From Conexivisphaerales archaeon (lineage in GTDB: Archaea; Thermoproteota; Nitrososphaeria; Conexivisphaerales; DTJL01): a DNA stretch of 10,404 nt. Numbering within the stretch: the first letter of the stretch is position 1; every line of letters starts with the position of its first letter. The DNA is taken from NCBI GenBank assembly GCA_049509455.1, contig JBEKZX010000058.1, positions 1 to 10,404 of the forward strand. The letters are read 5' to 3'. The notes below the pieces were generated by a model. The model had not been told where the DNA came from, made no database searches, and was given only the letters and a program-made list of their open reading frames with translations. Both the position numbers and the translations under genes were made by a program. Below, one piece after another: positions 1 through 6,337 of this stretch.

Positions 1-6
1 CATTCA

Positions 7-13
7 TTAAATA
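7..13 (+). promoter_or_regulatory. Archaeal TATA box (TTAAATA), probably driving a leaderless transcript of 36..332
   Basis: TTAAATA ends 22 nt upstream of the ATG at 36. This is the spacing expected when transcription starts at or near the ATG, and no SD is visible. Confidence 0.55.
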
Positions 14-35
14 GAGCTACAGAAAACGGAATCAT

Positions 36-332
36 ATGAGTGCAGCGGATAGGGTAAGAAAGGACCTAAACGATAGCATCAAGAGCGCCGAGGAGTTCAT
101 CGAAAGCACGAAGAGGTCGTTGCAGAGGGAACTCTCCAAGACGACGCCCAAGATCGAGCATGCGTTGGACCGACCGGTGGACGACGCTGGGCAGGCGCTG
201 TCGAACGCGCTGAAGACGATCGACAAGAAGACAAGCCATGAGCAGATGGAGCTGCTGAAGGGTTACCGAAGCTTCTTGCAGGGACAGGCCGCATTCGTTG
301 ACAAGAGAATCAAATCGATGAAGGGCGAATGA
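36..332 (+). CDS. Hypothetical alpha-helical/coiled-coil protein (98 aa)
   Basis: Clean ATG..TGA frame with charged helical composition (RVRKDLNDSIKSAEEFIESTKRSLQRELSK) and an upstream TATA box. The overlapping minus-strand ORFs look like shadows. Confidence 0.75.
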   Translation: MSAADRVRKDLNDSIKSAEEFIESTKRSLQRELSKTTPKIEHALDRPVDDAGQALSNALKTIDKKTSHEQMELLKGYRSFLQGQAAFVDKRIKSMKGE

Positions 333-449
333 TTTTCGAGCGAGATCCATTCCAGACCGTTAGAGCCGGAATAAGAGGCATAAGCCTTCATTGAACCACC
401 TCAGCTGAACGCTCAGCGATTGCCAGTAAGGAGAACGACTAATCCCTGA

Positions 450-623
450 CCCCAGGGCGACCGAGTCACGATCGAAGGGACGATTGGGGCCTTGAAGCAT
501 GCGGAATTTGTGGAAGACGCGGTCCTGGAATTGGTCGGGACCGGAGGCGTCCTCATGGTCGACCTGTCGAGGGAGGACGTAGCAAAGCCTTCCCAGAAAT
601 CTCAGGAGGATGAAGAAAAATGA
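450..623 (+). pseudogene. Small archaeal-type hypothetical protein with a disrupted 5' end (or a short CDS starting at TTG 492)
   Basis: My translation is PQGDRVTIEGTIGALKHAEFVEDAVLELVGTGGVLMVDLSREDVAKPSQKSQEDEEK* (TGA 621-623), which looks like natural protein. An in-frame TGA at 447-449 precedes it, and the first standard start codon is TTG at 492. It is not in the ORF track. Confidence 0.45.
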
Positions 624-821
624 GAAACTGCTCGCCGCCTGTCAAATCGCCAGAGAAGCGATGGAACTGATTCGAAGCGAACAGGCTGGTCAGGGCGGTG
701 AGCTGGTACGAGGCGAAGCTCTTAATGGTACGGGCGGCGATAAGTGCGTTCCTTGGCCGCCCTACCATTGGATTGTTGGGAACTGCGGAAGCCCTACAAT
801 GATTGGTGCTAGTCGCACCAA

Positions 822-1115
822 TCAGGTGTGTTTCTCGGTCTGGGTCTCGAGCAGTGCGCTGCGTCCGAGCAGTTTCTTGTCTAGGATGAAGATTATCACT
901 TGGTCGCCCACGTCCACACCGACATTTCCGCCGATCGGCTGGACTACGAACTTCCCGCCTCCGGTGAGTCTCGCTACCGTCGCTTCGACGACCGCGACAC
1001 CGGTCTTGGATTTAAATACCGTCGCCCTCTCCCGGCCCGCTCCGGCCCTCGACACGTTTCTGCCCTTGTCAGTGGTCGCCTCCCGCTTAACCTCTCTTTC
1101 TTTATCTGATGACAT
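822..1115 (-). CDS. Hypothetical protein (97 aa) with a C-terminal beta-rich domain, possibly AbrB/SpoVT-like or a small beta-barrel
   Basis: Lies within ORF 822..1223. The likely start is the internal ATG at 1115 (MSSDKEREVKRE...), because the upstream 36 codons look non-coding. The segment VVEATVARLTGGGKFVVQPIGGNVGVDVGDQVIIFILDKK loosely resembles the swapped-hairpin G-x-x-x-G-D-x-V pattern. Confidence 0.6.
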   Translation of the reverse strand: MSSDKEREVKREATTDKGRNVSRAGAGRERATVFKSKTGVAVVEATVARLTGGGKFVVQPIGGNVGVDVGDQVIIFILDKKLLGRSALLETQTEKHT

Positions 1116-1171
1116 ATCTGATTCAACGGATGTTGTGTCAAACGTACCATATGAACTCTGTGTATCTTCTG

Positions 1172-1181
1172 CAATGAATTG
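1172..1181. promoter_or_regulatory. Near-palindrome CAATGAATTG, candidate operator 1
   Basis: Matches the perfect palindrome CAATTAATTG at 2164-2173 at 9 of 10 positions. It lies in the divergent intergenic region between the 1115(-) and 1271(+) starts. Confidence 0.3.
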
Positions 1182-1270
1182 TAAGAGAAGATGAGGAATG
1201 CGCCTCGGTATATGCATACACATGCCAATACACTAATAGAGAAGGCGACCGAAGAAAAAAATGAGCCGGC

Positions 1271-1507
1271 ATGAACGAAAACAAGCGCGTCGAGTGGTTT
1301 GGCGCCGTTCTCTCCCTCCTTTATGAGTTCAACTGGCCCATGAGCGAGACGGAGATATTGCAGCGCTCGATGAAGTTCTCGAACGTCGAAGACCTGCATT
1401 TGCTACTAGCTGACCTCAAGAAAGCAGAGCTGATCTCGGATTCTGTTCCCGGGAATTGGAAATTGACGAAGAAGGGGAAAGAGCTGGTTAGGAAGTCGCT
1501 CGGGTAA
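1271..1507 (+). CDS. Small winged helix-turn-helix domain protein (78 aa)
   Basis: Helical N-terminus followed by a typical wHTH wing and terminal helix: DLKKAELISDSVPGNWKLTKKGKELVRK (the LTxKG motif). Confidence 0.7.
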   Translation: MNENKRVEWFGAVLSLLYEFNWPMSETEILQRSMKFSNVEDLHLLLADLKKAELISDSVPGNWKLTKKGKELVRKSLG

Positions 1508-1594
1508 AGCTACTGACGGCAGTTGAATAGGTGGTCTTTGGCACGGTAAGTCATAACGGAAAGCTAAAAAACCGCAACGGACGACCGCTATCTG

Positions 1595-2113
1595 ATGAGA
1601 TCGAAGACGGCGACGGCCTCATTCCGCTTGGATGACTCCGCGCTTGAAGCCCTCCAGGAGGACGCGAAGAAGCAGAACGTGAGCGTCAATACCCTGTTGA
1701 ATCAGCTCGTTCTCACGTATTCGAACTATGATCGACCGATGAAGAGATTTCAGATGATAAAGTTACCAGCATCAACTTTCAGGCATCTCCTACGGGCGGC
1801 AAAGAGTGAAACGATAATTGAAGCGGGAAACTCAGCGGGGAACGATGTTCCCAAGACATACATTCTTGCCAAATGGGGAGAACTTACCGTGGAGAACGCC
1901 CTAGATTACCTTAGAATCATGTCGATCCATGCCAAACTCTTCGACTACAGCGAGGTCATGCACGGGGGAAAGGTTAGCGTGACTTTGTCGCACAATTTTG
2001 GTGTCAAGGGAAGCCTCTTTCTGCAGCACTACGTTCAGGCCATATTCGCCCCATTGGGCACGCTACCGAAATTCTTGCCTGACGAGAATGCGGTGGTCTT
2101 CGAGCTCCAGTGA
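1595..2113 (+). CDS. Ribbon-helix-helix (CopG/Arc-like) DNA-binding protein with a C-terminal putative sensor domain (172 aa)
   Basis: The N-terminus TATASFRLDDSALEALQEDAKKQNVSVNTLLNQLV is a clear RHH pattern. The C-terminal alpha/beta domain (VTLSHNFGVKGSLFLQHYVQAIF) resembles, from memory, a family expanded in Nitrososphaerota. Confidence 0.85.
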   Translation: MRSKTATASFRLDDSALEALQEDAKKQNVSVNTLLNQLVLTYSNYDRPMKRFQMIKLPASTFRHLLRAAKSETIIEAGNSAGNDVPKTYILAKWGELTVENALDYLRIMSIHAKLFDYSEVMHGGKVSVTLSHNFGVKGSLFLQHYVQAIFAPLGTLPKFLPDENAVVFELQ

Positions 2114-2121
2114 AAGACCGT

Positions 2122-2144
2122 CGGCAGACTGCGTCAGTCTGTCG
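2122..2144 (+). terminator. Hairpin downstream of the RHH gene
   Basis: CGGCAGACT (2122-2130) pairs with AGTCTGTCG (2136-2144): a 9-bp stem with one G-U pair, starting 9 nt after the stop at 2113. There is no strong U-tract. Confidence 0.3.
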
Positions 2145-2147
2145 CAG

Positions 2148-2189
2148 CTAGCGTATTCTCACACAATTAATTGCGAAAAATACGCCTAG
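2148..2189. promoter_or_regulatory. Long imperfect inverted repeat centred on the perfect palindrome CAATTAATTG (2164-2173), candidate operator 2
   Basis: Outer arms GCGTATT (2151-2157) and AATACGC (2179-2185), with CTAG at both ends. It lies upstream of the HMA-like gene. Confidence 0.45.
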
Positions 2190-2207
2190 TTCAATAACCT
2201 TGAGCTC

Positions 2208-2218
2208 CAATTCAATTG
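2208..2218. promoter_or_regulatory. Palindrome CAATT-C-AATTG, candidate operator 3
   Basis: Same half-sites as 2164-2173 with a 1-nt spacer. It ends 7 nt before the ATG at 2226. Confidence 0.35.
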
Positions 2219-2225
2219 AGTTGCA

Positions 2226-2432
2226 ATGCCAAACAGACCCCAGGAAGCCATGGCCATCTTCAAGATACCGGGGATGAACCTTCCAGGACGAGCCCAGAGG
2301 CTGAGGCTAGAAGTCGGCAGACTTGACGGGATTCTCGAGGTCGACATCAACTACATTCTGGATACAATATCGATCAGATATGATGCTAAGAAGCTAACAC
2401 TGGACCGGATAAAGGAAAAAATAGACAAGTAA
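2226..2432 (+). CDS. HMA/CopZ-like ferredoxin-fold protein lacking the CxxC motif (68 aa)
   Basis: KIPGMNLPGRAQRLRLEVGRLDGILEVDINYILDTISIRYDAKKLTLDRIKEKID follows the CopZ/HMA pattern (xIxGMxCxxC...LxGVxxVxVxL...xVxYD...I.xxI), but GMxCxxC reads GMNLPGR. The protein has no Cys at all. Confidence 0.75.
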   Translation: MPNRPQEAMAIFKIPGMNLPGRAQRLRLEVGRLDGILEVDINYILDTISIRYDAKKLTLDRIKEKIDK

Positions 2433-2473
2433 GCACGCATCCGGTCCAAGAGAACTGCGGTCGCAATCAACTC

Positions 2474-2725
2474 CTAGGGCGTCTTAATATCTCTGATTTC
2501 GAGGCGCGGTCCTGATTCTTCTAAGCATTGCAATTCCTTGCAGAAAATAGAGAATGCTGGGATCCACGGGAACTCGGGCGTTGAAGTGCCTGGTGATATT
2601 GCCGACACGGTACCTCCGAAAAAGTTGGTGACGTATAGGTAGCCGTTGGAGTTGTCGAAGGCTAGCCCAACTGCAATCCTGATTGGCGCGTTCCTGGTTG
2701 TGATCAGATAGTACAGGCTTCGGGG
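2474..2725 (-). pseudogene. Remnant 3' end of a YVTN/YncE-type beta-propeller surface protein with a PEF-CTERM-like sorting tail
   Basis: My translation of a frame with no start codon gives AVGLAFDNSNGYLYVTNFFGGTVSAISPGTSTPEFPWIPAF (AVG codon begins at 2674; PEFP at 2567-2578). The expected TM-plus-basic tail (ILYFLQGIAMLRRIR) appears only in another frame, implying a frameshift. The frame is bounded by TGA at 2726-2728 and TAG at 2474-2476. Confidence 0.7.
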
Positions 2726-3113
2726 TCATCGGAGTCCGGTTTGAGCGTAGCATCCTGTGTCCCTATCCCGGTTGGAACCTAGCGGCCGGGTTGACTGAGA
2801 GGGACGGTTTAAAGCCCAAATACCGCAAATAACATGGCCTCTAATGACCGAACCGATCAAAGAGCCTTCCCAGTCAGAGCTTGACGGGAATCCGATTTTG
2901 TGTGAGTTTTGATACTCAGCTACCGACGAATCCCTCCAGGCCCGATGTGATGCCCTGAAGAGTCCAATCTGCGAACGCATCTGAGCCCTCATCCCTTCGG
3001 GCCCACCGCCGGGATAAACACCGCATAATCGAATTCTTTGTTTCCATTCCTTCCAGGGCTATCTCCATCTTGGCTAAGTAGCACTAGGCTTCTCTCATGC
3101 AGTTTTTCCGGGG

Positions 3114-4226
3114 TTGTCTTCTCGCTTCGAAATGGTTAAGAACGCGTTTCTGGTCCAGATTGGACGATTGAAGGAGCTCGATAAAACACCGACCGAGTAT
3201 CAGCTTCCCAAATCGGTAATGAAGTGGGTCGCTCTGGGGCTTGTTCTTAGCTCCTCCGTTGTCATCGCCATTTCCATATTCTCTGGTGTGACCCTTTCAG
3301 ATCTAGCAAAACTCGGTTACTTGACATTCGGCTTCGTTGCTGCAGTGACCGCAGTTAAGCTACCTGTCCAGGTACTGAGGTTCAAGGTGGTGACGAATGG
3401 GTTGGCAGGTGACCCCAAGCCGAATCTTAGTGGATTGGCGCTTGCCAGAATAGCCAGCGAGTTCGTCTCTCAATCAACGCCGGTAACGACCATGGGCGTC
3501 TTCATACGCACTTCATGGTTGTCGGGCAAAGGCGTGGAGGGTGGCAAGGCACTCTGGATTGGCTATTTTGAAGTGCTCATGGAAGTGTACGTTGGTGGTG
3601 GTCTTGCGCTCATAGCGGCAGTGTACGCCTTGTCAAGGGGAGCAGTGGCCTTAGGGTCAACGATTGCTTTGGTTGCGGCGATCTTGCTTACTGGGTACAC
3701 GGTCTTTTTCATAATTCCGGCTCTAAAATTCATCAAGGTTCCCCACCGCCTGTTCAGCATTGCGTCGTTCTTGGTGGGAGGGCCACGAGCAACAGCCCTC
3801 TATCTCCGCGCCGTCGTCGGCTCCCTGAATTTTTCACTTTCAGCGCGCGAAATCCTAACCAGAAAGACTCTACCAGTAATGGTCGAAGCTATCGGTCTAA
3901 CCATTCTTGAGGATCTCTTGGCCGGCACGGCCCTCTGGCTTGTGTTGAACTCTGCAGGGTTGAAGATCGACCCATTCTCCTCAACTCTTGCAGTCTACGC
4001 TGTGGTCGCCATCGCCTCAATCCCGGTATCTATAGGCGGAGCAGGAATCACGGAACTCACCATGCAAGCTTACCTCACTTCGGTCTATGGATTCTCCTCA
4101 TGGGCGAGTATTGTATTGTGGAGGATCGCAACTTATCAAGTCTTGTTAGCGATAACTGGTGTTGTGTTTCTTATCTTTGTGCGCAGAGCTACCAAACCCA
4201 CCTCCAAAGCAGAGCAGAAACCGTGA
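3114..4226 (+). CDS. UPF0104 / lysylphosphatidylglycerol-synthase TM-domain flippase-like membrane protein
   Basis: Multi-TM protein with family motifs FVSQSTPVTTMG, IPVSIGGAGITELTMQAYL and IVLWRIATY. The start is uncertain (TTG 3114, ATG 3132 or later). Confidence 0.85.
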   Translation: MSSRFEMVKNAFLVQIGRLKELDKTPTEYQLPKSVMKWVALGLVLSSSVVIAISIFSGVTLSDLAKLGYLTFGFVAAVTAVKLPVQVLRFKVVTNGLAGDPKPNLSGLALARIASEFVSQSTPVTTMGVFIRTSWLSGKGVEGGKALWIGYFEVLMEVYVGGGLALIAAVYALSRGAVALGSTIALVAAILLTGYTVFFIIPALKFIKVPHRLFSIASFLVGGPRATALYLRAVVGSLNFSLSAREILTRKTLPVMVEAIGLTILEDLLAGTALWLVLNSAGLKIDPFSSTLAVYAVVAIASIPVSIGGAGITELTMQAYLTSVYGFSSWASIVLWRIATYQVLLAITGVVFLIFVRRATKPTSKAEQKP

Positions 4227-4487
4227 ATAAGGCCTCAAACCTTGGTCCGACCGCCGTGTTGGGCGCGAATGGAATTGCAGGCCTTTCAATGGGCTTTGCC
4301 AAAATGCTGATATAGTTGTGTCATTCAAAATCTTCGTGTACTCCTTCATTTTTAGCGCCATACTCAACCTGCAGAGGCCGAAATATGAAATGAAGAGGAA
4401 TCGAACGAATTTGATCCGTGTTTCTGCGGATGCTTCTTCCAACAGCATGGTCTGTCCATCCACCTGTCGTAGGAGCGTGTCTGATCC

Positions 4488-4823
4488 TTGAATTCACCGT
4501 CAGAGACTTCAGGGACGGAAGACTTTGCAGCCACGTTCAACAACGCGGTGCACGGTGGGATGGATAAGGTCCTAGGTCAGAGTGGGACGGCGGCGGTCTT
4601 ATTTCACATGAAGATGACTAATAATCTTCCTGACCCGGCTGAGTTCCACAAGAAGTTGCTCATACTTTTCGGCGTAGCAGGAACACTATCGCTGGAAAGA
4701 GCGATCGTCAAGGACCTCTTGATAAGGCTCAACTGGGCGCTAGACCTTCTGAATATACAAGGTTCCTTCGATTTTGACGCGACCATGAACAAGATAGTGA
4801 AGGGTGTGAAACATGACGACTAG
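4488..4823 (+). CDS. NitrOD5/DUF3227-like small protein (putative archaeal signal-transduction output or partner domain, 111 aa)
   Basis: The pattern FNNAVHGGMDKVLGQSGTAAVLFHM...DPAEFHKKLLILFGVAGTLSLERAIVKDL...FDFDATM matches my recollection of this family (F...V...L..LG......HL....P..F...L..lFG.g...LE..I.k.L). An in-frame TGA at 4482-4484 bounds the 5' end. Confidence 0.7.
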   Translation: MNSPSETSGTEDFAATFNNAVHGGMDKVLGQSGTAAVLFHMKMTNNLPDPAEFHKKLLILFGVAGTLSLERAIVKDLLIRLNWALDLLNIQGSFDFDATMNKIVKGVKHDD

Positions 4824-6246
4824 AAAAGGCCTAGGGATGAAGCCTCTCACTCAGGGGGATCGCCAAACGGAGACTAGTGATTCTGGACGGTCAGACCTGG
4901 CAGAGACAAGAATCGCTACAGTACTCGGCTTGAAACAGTTCATGCAGGGTCCCATCAACACCCTACTCATTAAGGGGCTCGCGGGCACGGGCAAGACGAT
5001 CGTTGCGCTCGAAATCCTCAAGGCAGCGGGCCAGGGGAAAGGCGCGTACATCTCTTCAAGAGTTCCGAAAGAACTCCTTGAGACGCACATATCAGCCATG
5101 AAGGAGACCTTGGAGAATCAACAGTTCCTGGATATTAGGCTCGAGAACATGACATCGGTACTGGATTTTGTCATGCAACTGACGGAGCCCAAGAAGATCA
5201 GTACTATTGTGTTTGATAGTTGGGATGGCCTAGCGAAGGAATTGGATCAGAAAGAAAGGTTACGAGCCGAGAAGACTCTGATGGCCCTTGCAAATAACTC
5301 CGGTGCTCAACTTATCTTCGTGAGCGAGGAGCCCGGTGCCACGACCATAGACTACCTAGTCGATGGGATCCTCGAGGTGGTGAGGGTTGAAGAACAGGAC
5401 CGCGTGGTACGAGAATTCATCATACACAAGCTGCGCGGGACAAAGATACCCCAACATAAGTACATCTTCACACTTCTGGAGGGGAAGTTTACTTTCTTCG
5501 GGCCCTATACCATTCCTGACTACTCGAAGACGAGCAAATTTGCTCGAATACCCGACATTGGCGAATCCTATTCTTTCGGGAGTGGGGCTCTAGATAGGCT
5601 GTTTGGAGGCATAGTTCCTGGGAGCACTCTGGCCGTCGAGTATGATCAGAATGTTCCCTACCCCGCGCTCAGAGCGATCGAGCTACCGCCCATCATCAAC
5701 TTTCTATCGATGGGAAGGAGCGCGGTCCTTCTCCCATTACCAGGCGCAAATGACGAGATAACTGGCTCGATTCTAACCAAAGCTGTTGGCAAACGTGCTG
5801 TAAGAGACCGGCTCCGCATTCTCAACGTGCTGAGGGCCAGCGACCTTCAGACCGCAAATCTGCCGAAGAACGCTACGCCAAAGGAGATCCACGAAGCGGT
5901 TACCAACGAGACGATAAGATTACGGAAGAAATCGACTGACAAGACCGTATTGCTAGTGAAGTCCGTTAGCGCTCTCGAGAATCTGTTCGCCTCAGATTTG
6001 GATTCACTACTCGAGGTGACGTCCCAAGAAATAATCACACTCCAGCAGTCGCATGATGCGCACATACTCTTCTTGCCGAAGGATTCGCCCATCAGGTCGC
6101 GCATCCTCTCAATGAGTTCCAGTTACGCAAAACTGTTCGTCAGGGATGGCACCGTTCTGATGTTTGGCGTGAAGCCCTACACCGGGATCTACGCTCTACA
6201 ACACCTCGAGGATCCCACTTCTCCATCACTGACTCAACTCGTATGA
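4813..6246 (+). CDS. GvpD-like / KaiC (RecA-superfamily) P-loop ATPase, with an active N-terminal domain and a degenerate C-terminal domain (477 aa)
   Basis: Walker A GLAGTGKT (4975-4998), YISSRV, Walker B IVFDSWD, IFVSEE...IDYLVDGI, and the R-finger KLRG...YIFTL. The second domain starts FGSGALDRLFGGIVPGS but has no GKT/S. An alternative start is ATG 4837. Confidence 0.85.
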   Translation: MTTRKGLGMKPLTQGDRQTETSDSGRSDLAETRIATVLGLKQFMQGPINTLLIKGLAGTGKTIVALEILKAAGQGKGAYISSRVPKELLETHISAMKETLENQQFLDIRLENMTSVLDFVMQLTEPKKISTIVFDSWDGLAKELDQKERLRAEKTLMALANNSGAQLIFVSEEPGATTIDYLVDGILEVVRVEEQDRVVREFIIHKLRGTKIPQHKYIFTLLEGKFTFFGPYTIPDYSKTSKFARIPDIGESYSFGSGALDRLFGGIVPGSTLAVEYDQNVPYPALRAIELPPIINFLSMGRSAVLLPLPGANDEITGSILTKAVGKRAVRDRLRILNVLRASDLQTANLPKNATPKEIHEAVTNETIRLRKKSTDKTVLLVKSVSALENLFASDLDSLLEVTSQEIITLQQSHDAHILFLPKDSPIRSRILSMSSSYAKLFVRDGTVLMFGVKPYTGIYALQHLEDPTSPSLTQLV

Positions 6247-6287
6247 CTCGACCCTAGGGTGTTGAGACTTTCCAGACGGGGTCGAGT
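6246..6287. terminator. Inverted repeat between convergent genes (possible shared hairpin or terminator)
   Basis: ACTCGACCC (6246-6254) and GGGTCGAGT (6279-6287) form a perfect 9-bp inverted repeat with a 24-nt loop, beginning at the ATPase stop codon. Confidence 0.35.
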
Positions 6288-6337
6288 TGCCTTACTGTGC
6301 TTAAAGGGGGTTTACCTTCCGCCTTCTGACTCGCCCA

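Noticed and set aside
610-1194. 194-aa plus-strand ORF
   Set aside because: Most of it is antisense to the better-supported 822..1115 gene and has shadow-like Ser/Thr/Pro composition. Only the first ~27 residues look helical, which is not enough to call.
447-2728. UGA recoding (selenocysteine or an alternative genetic code) to explain the in-frame TGAs at 447, 668 and 2726 (-)
   Set aside because: Well-supported genes here end in TGA (332, 2113, 4226, 6246). No Cys/Sec-type redox motif surrounds these codons, and the propeller remnant also has a frameshift, so decay explains them better.
2484-2753. 89-aa minus-strand ORF
   Set aside because: Only its last ~20 residues look meaningful, as the frameshifted tail of the PEF-CTERM remnant.
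2726-2992. 88-aa minus-strand ORF in frame with the propeller remnant
   Set aside because: It has no propeller motifs and no natural-looking composition. The shared frame is probably coincidental.
4146-4463. 105-aa minus-strand ORF
   Set aside because: It overlaps the 3' end of the flippase-like gene by 81 nt and has no recognisable motif or promoter. A shorter real peptide cannot be fully excluded.
4813-6246. Calling this gene gvpD (gas vesicles) or kaiC (circadian clock)
   Set aside because: There are no gvp structural genes or kaiA/kaiB in the window and the phosphosites are not conserved, so only the family-level call is supported.
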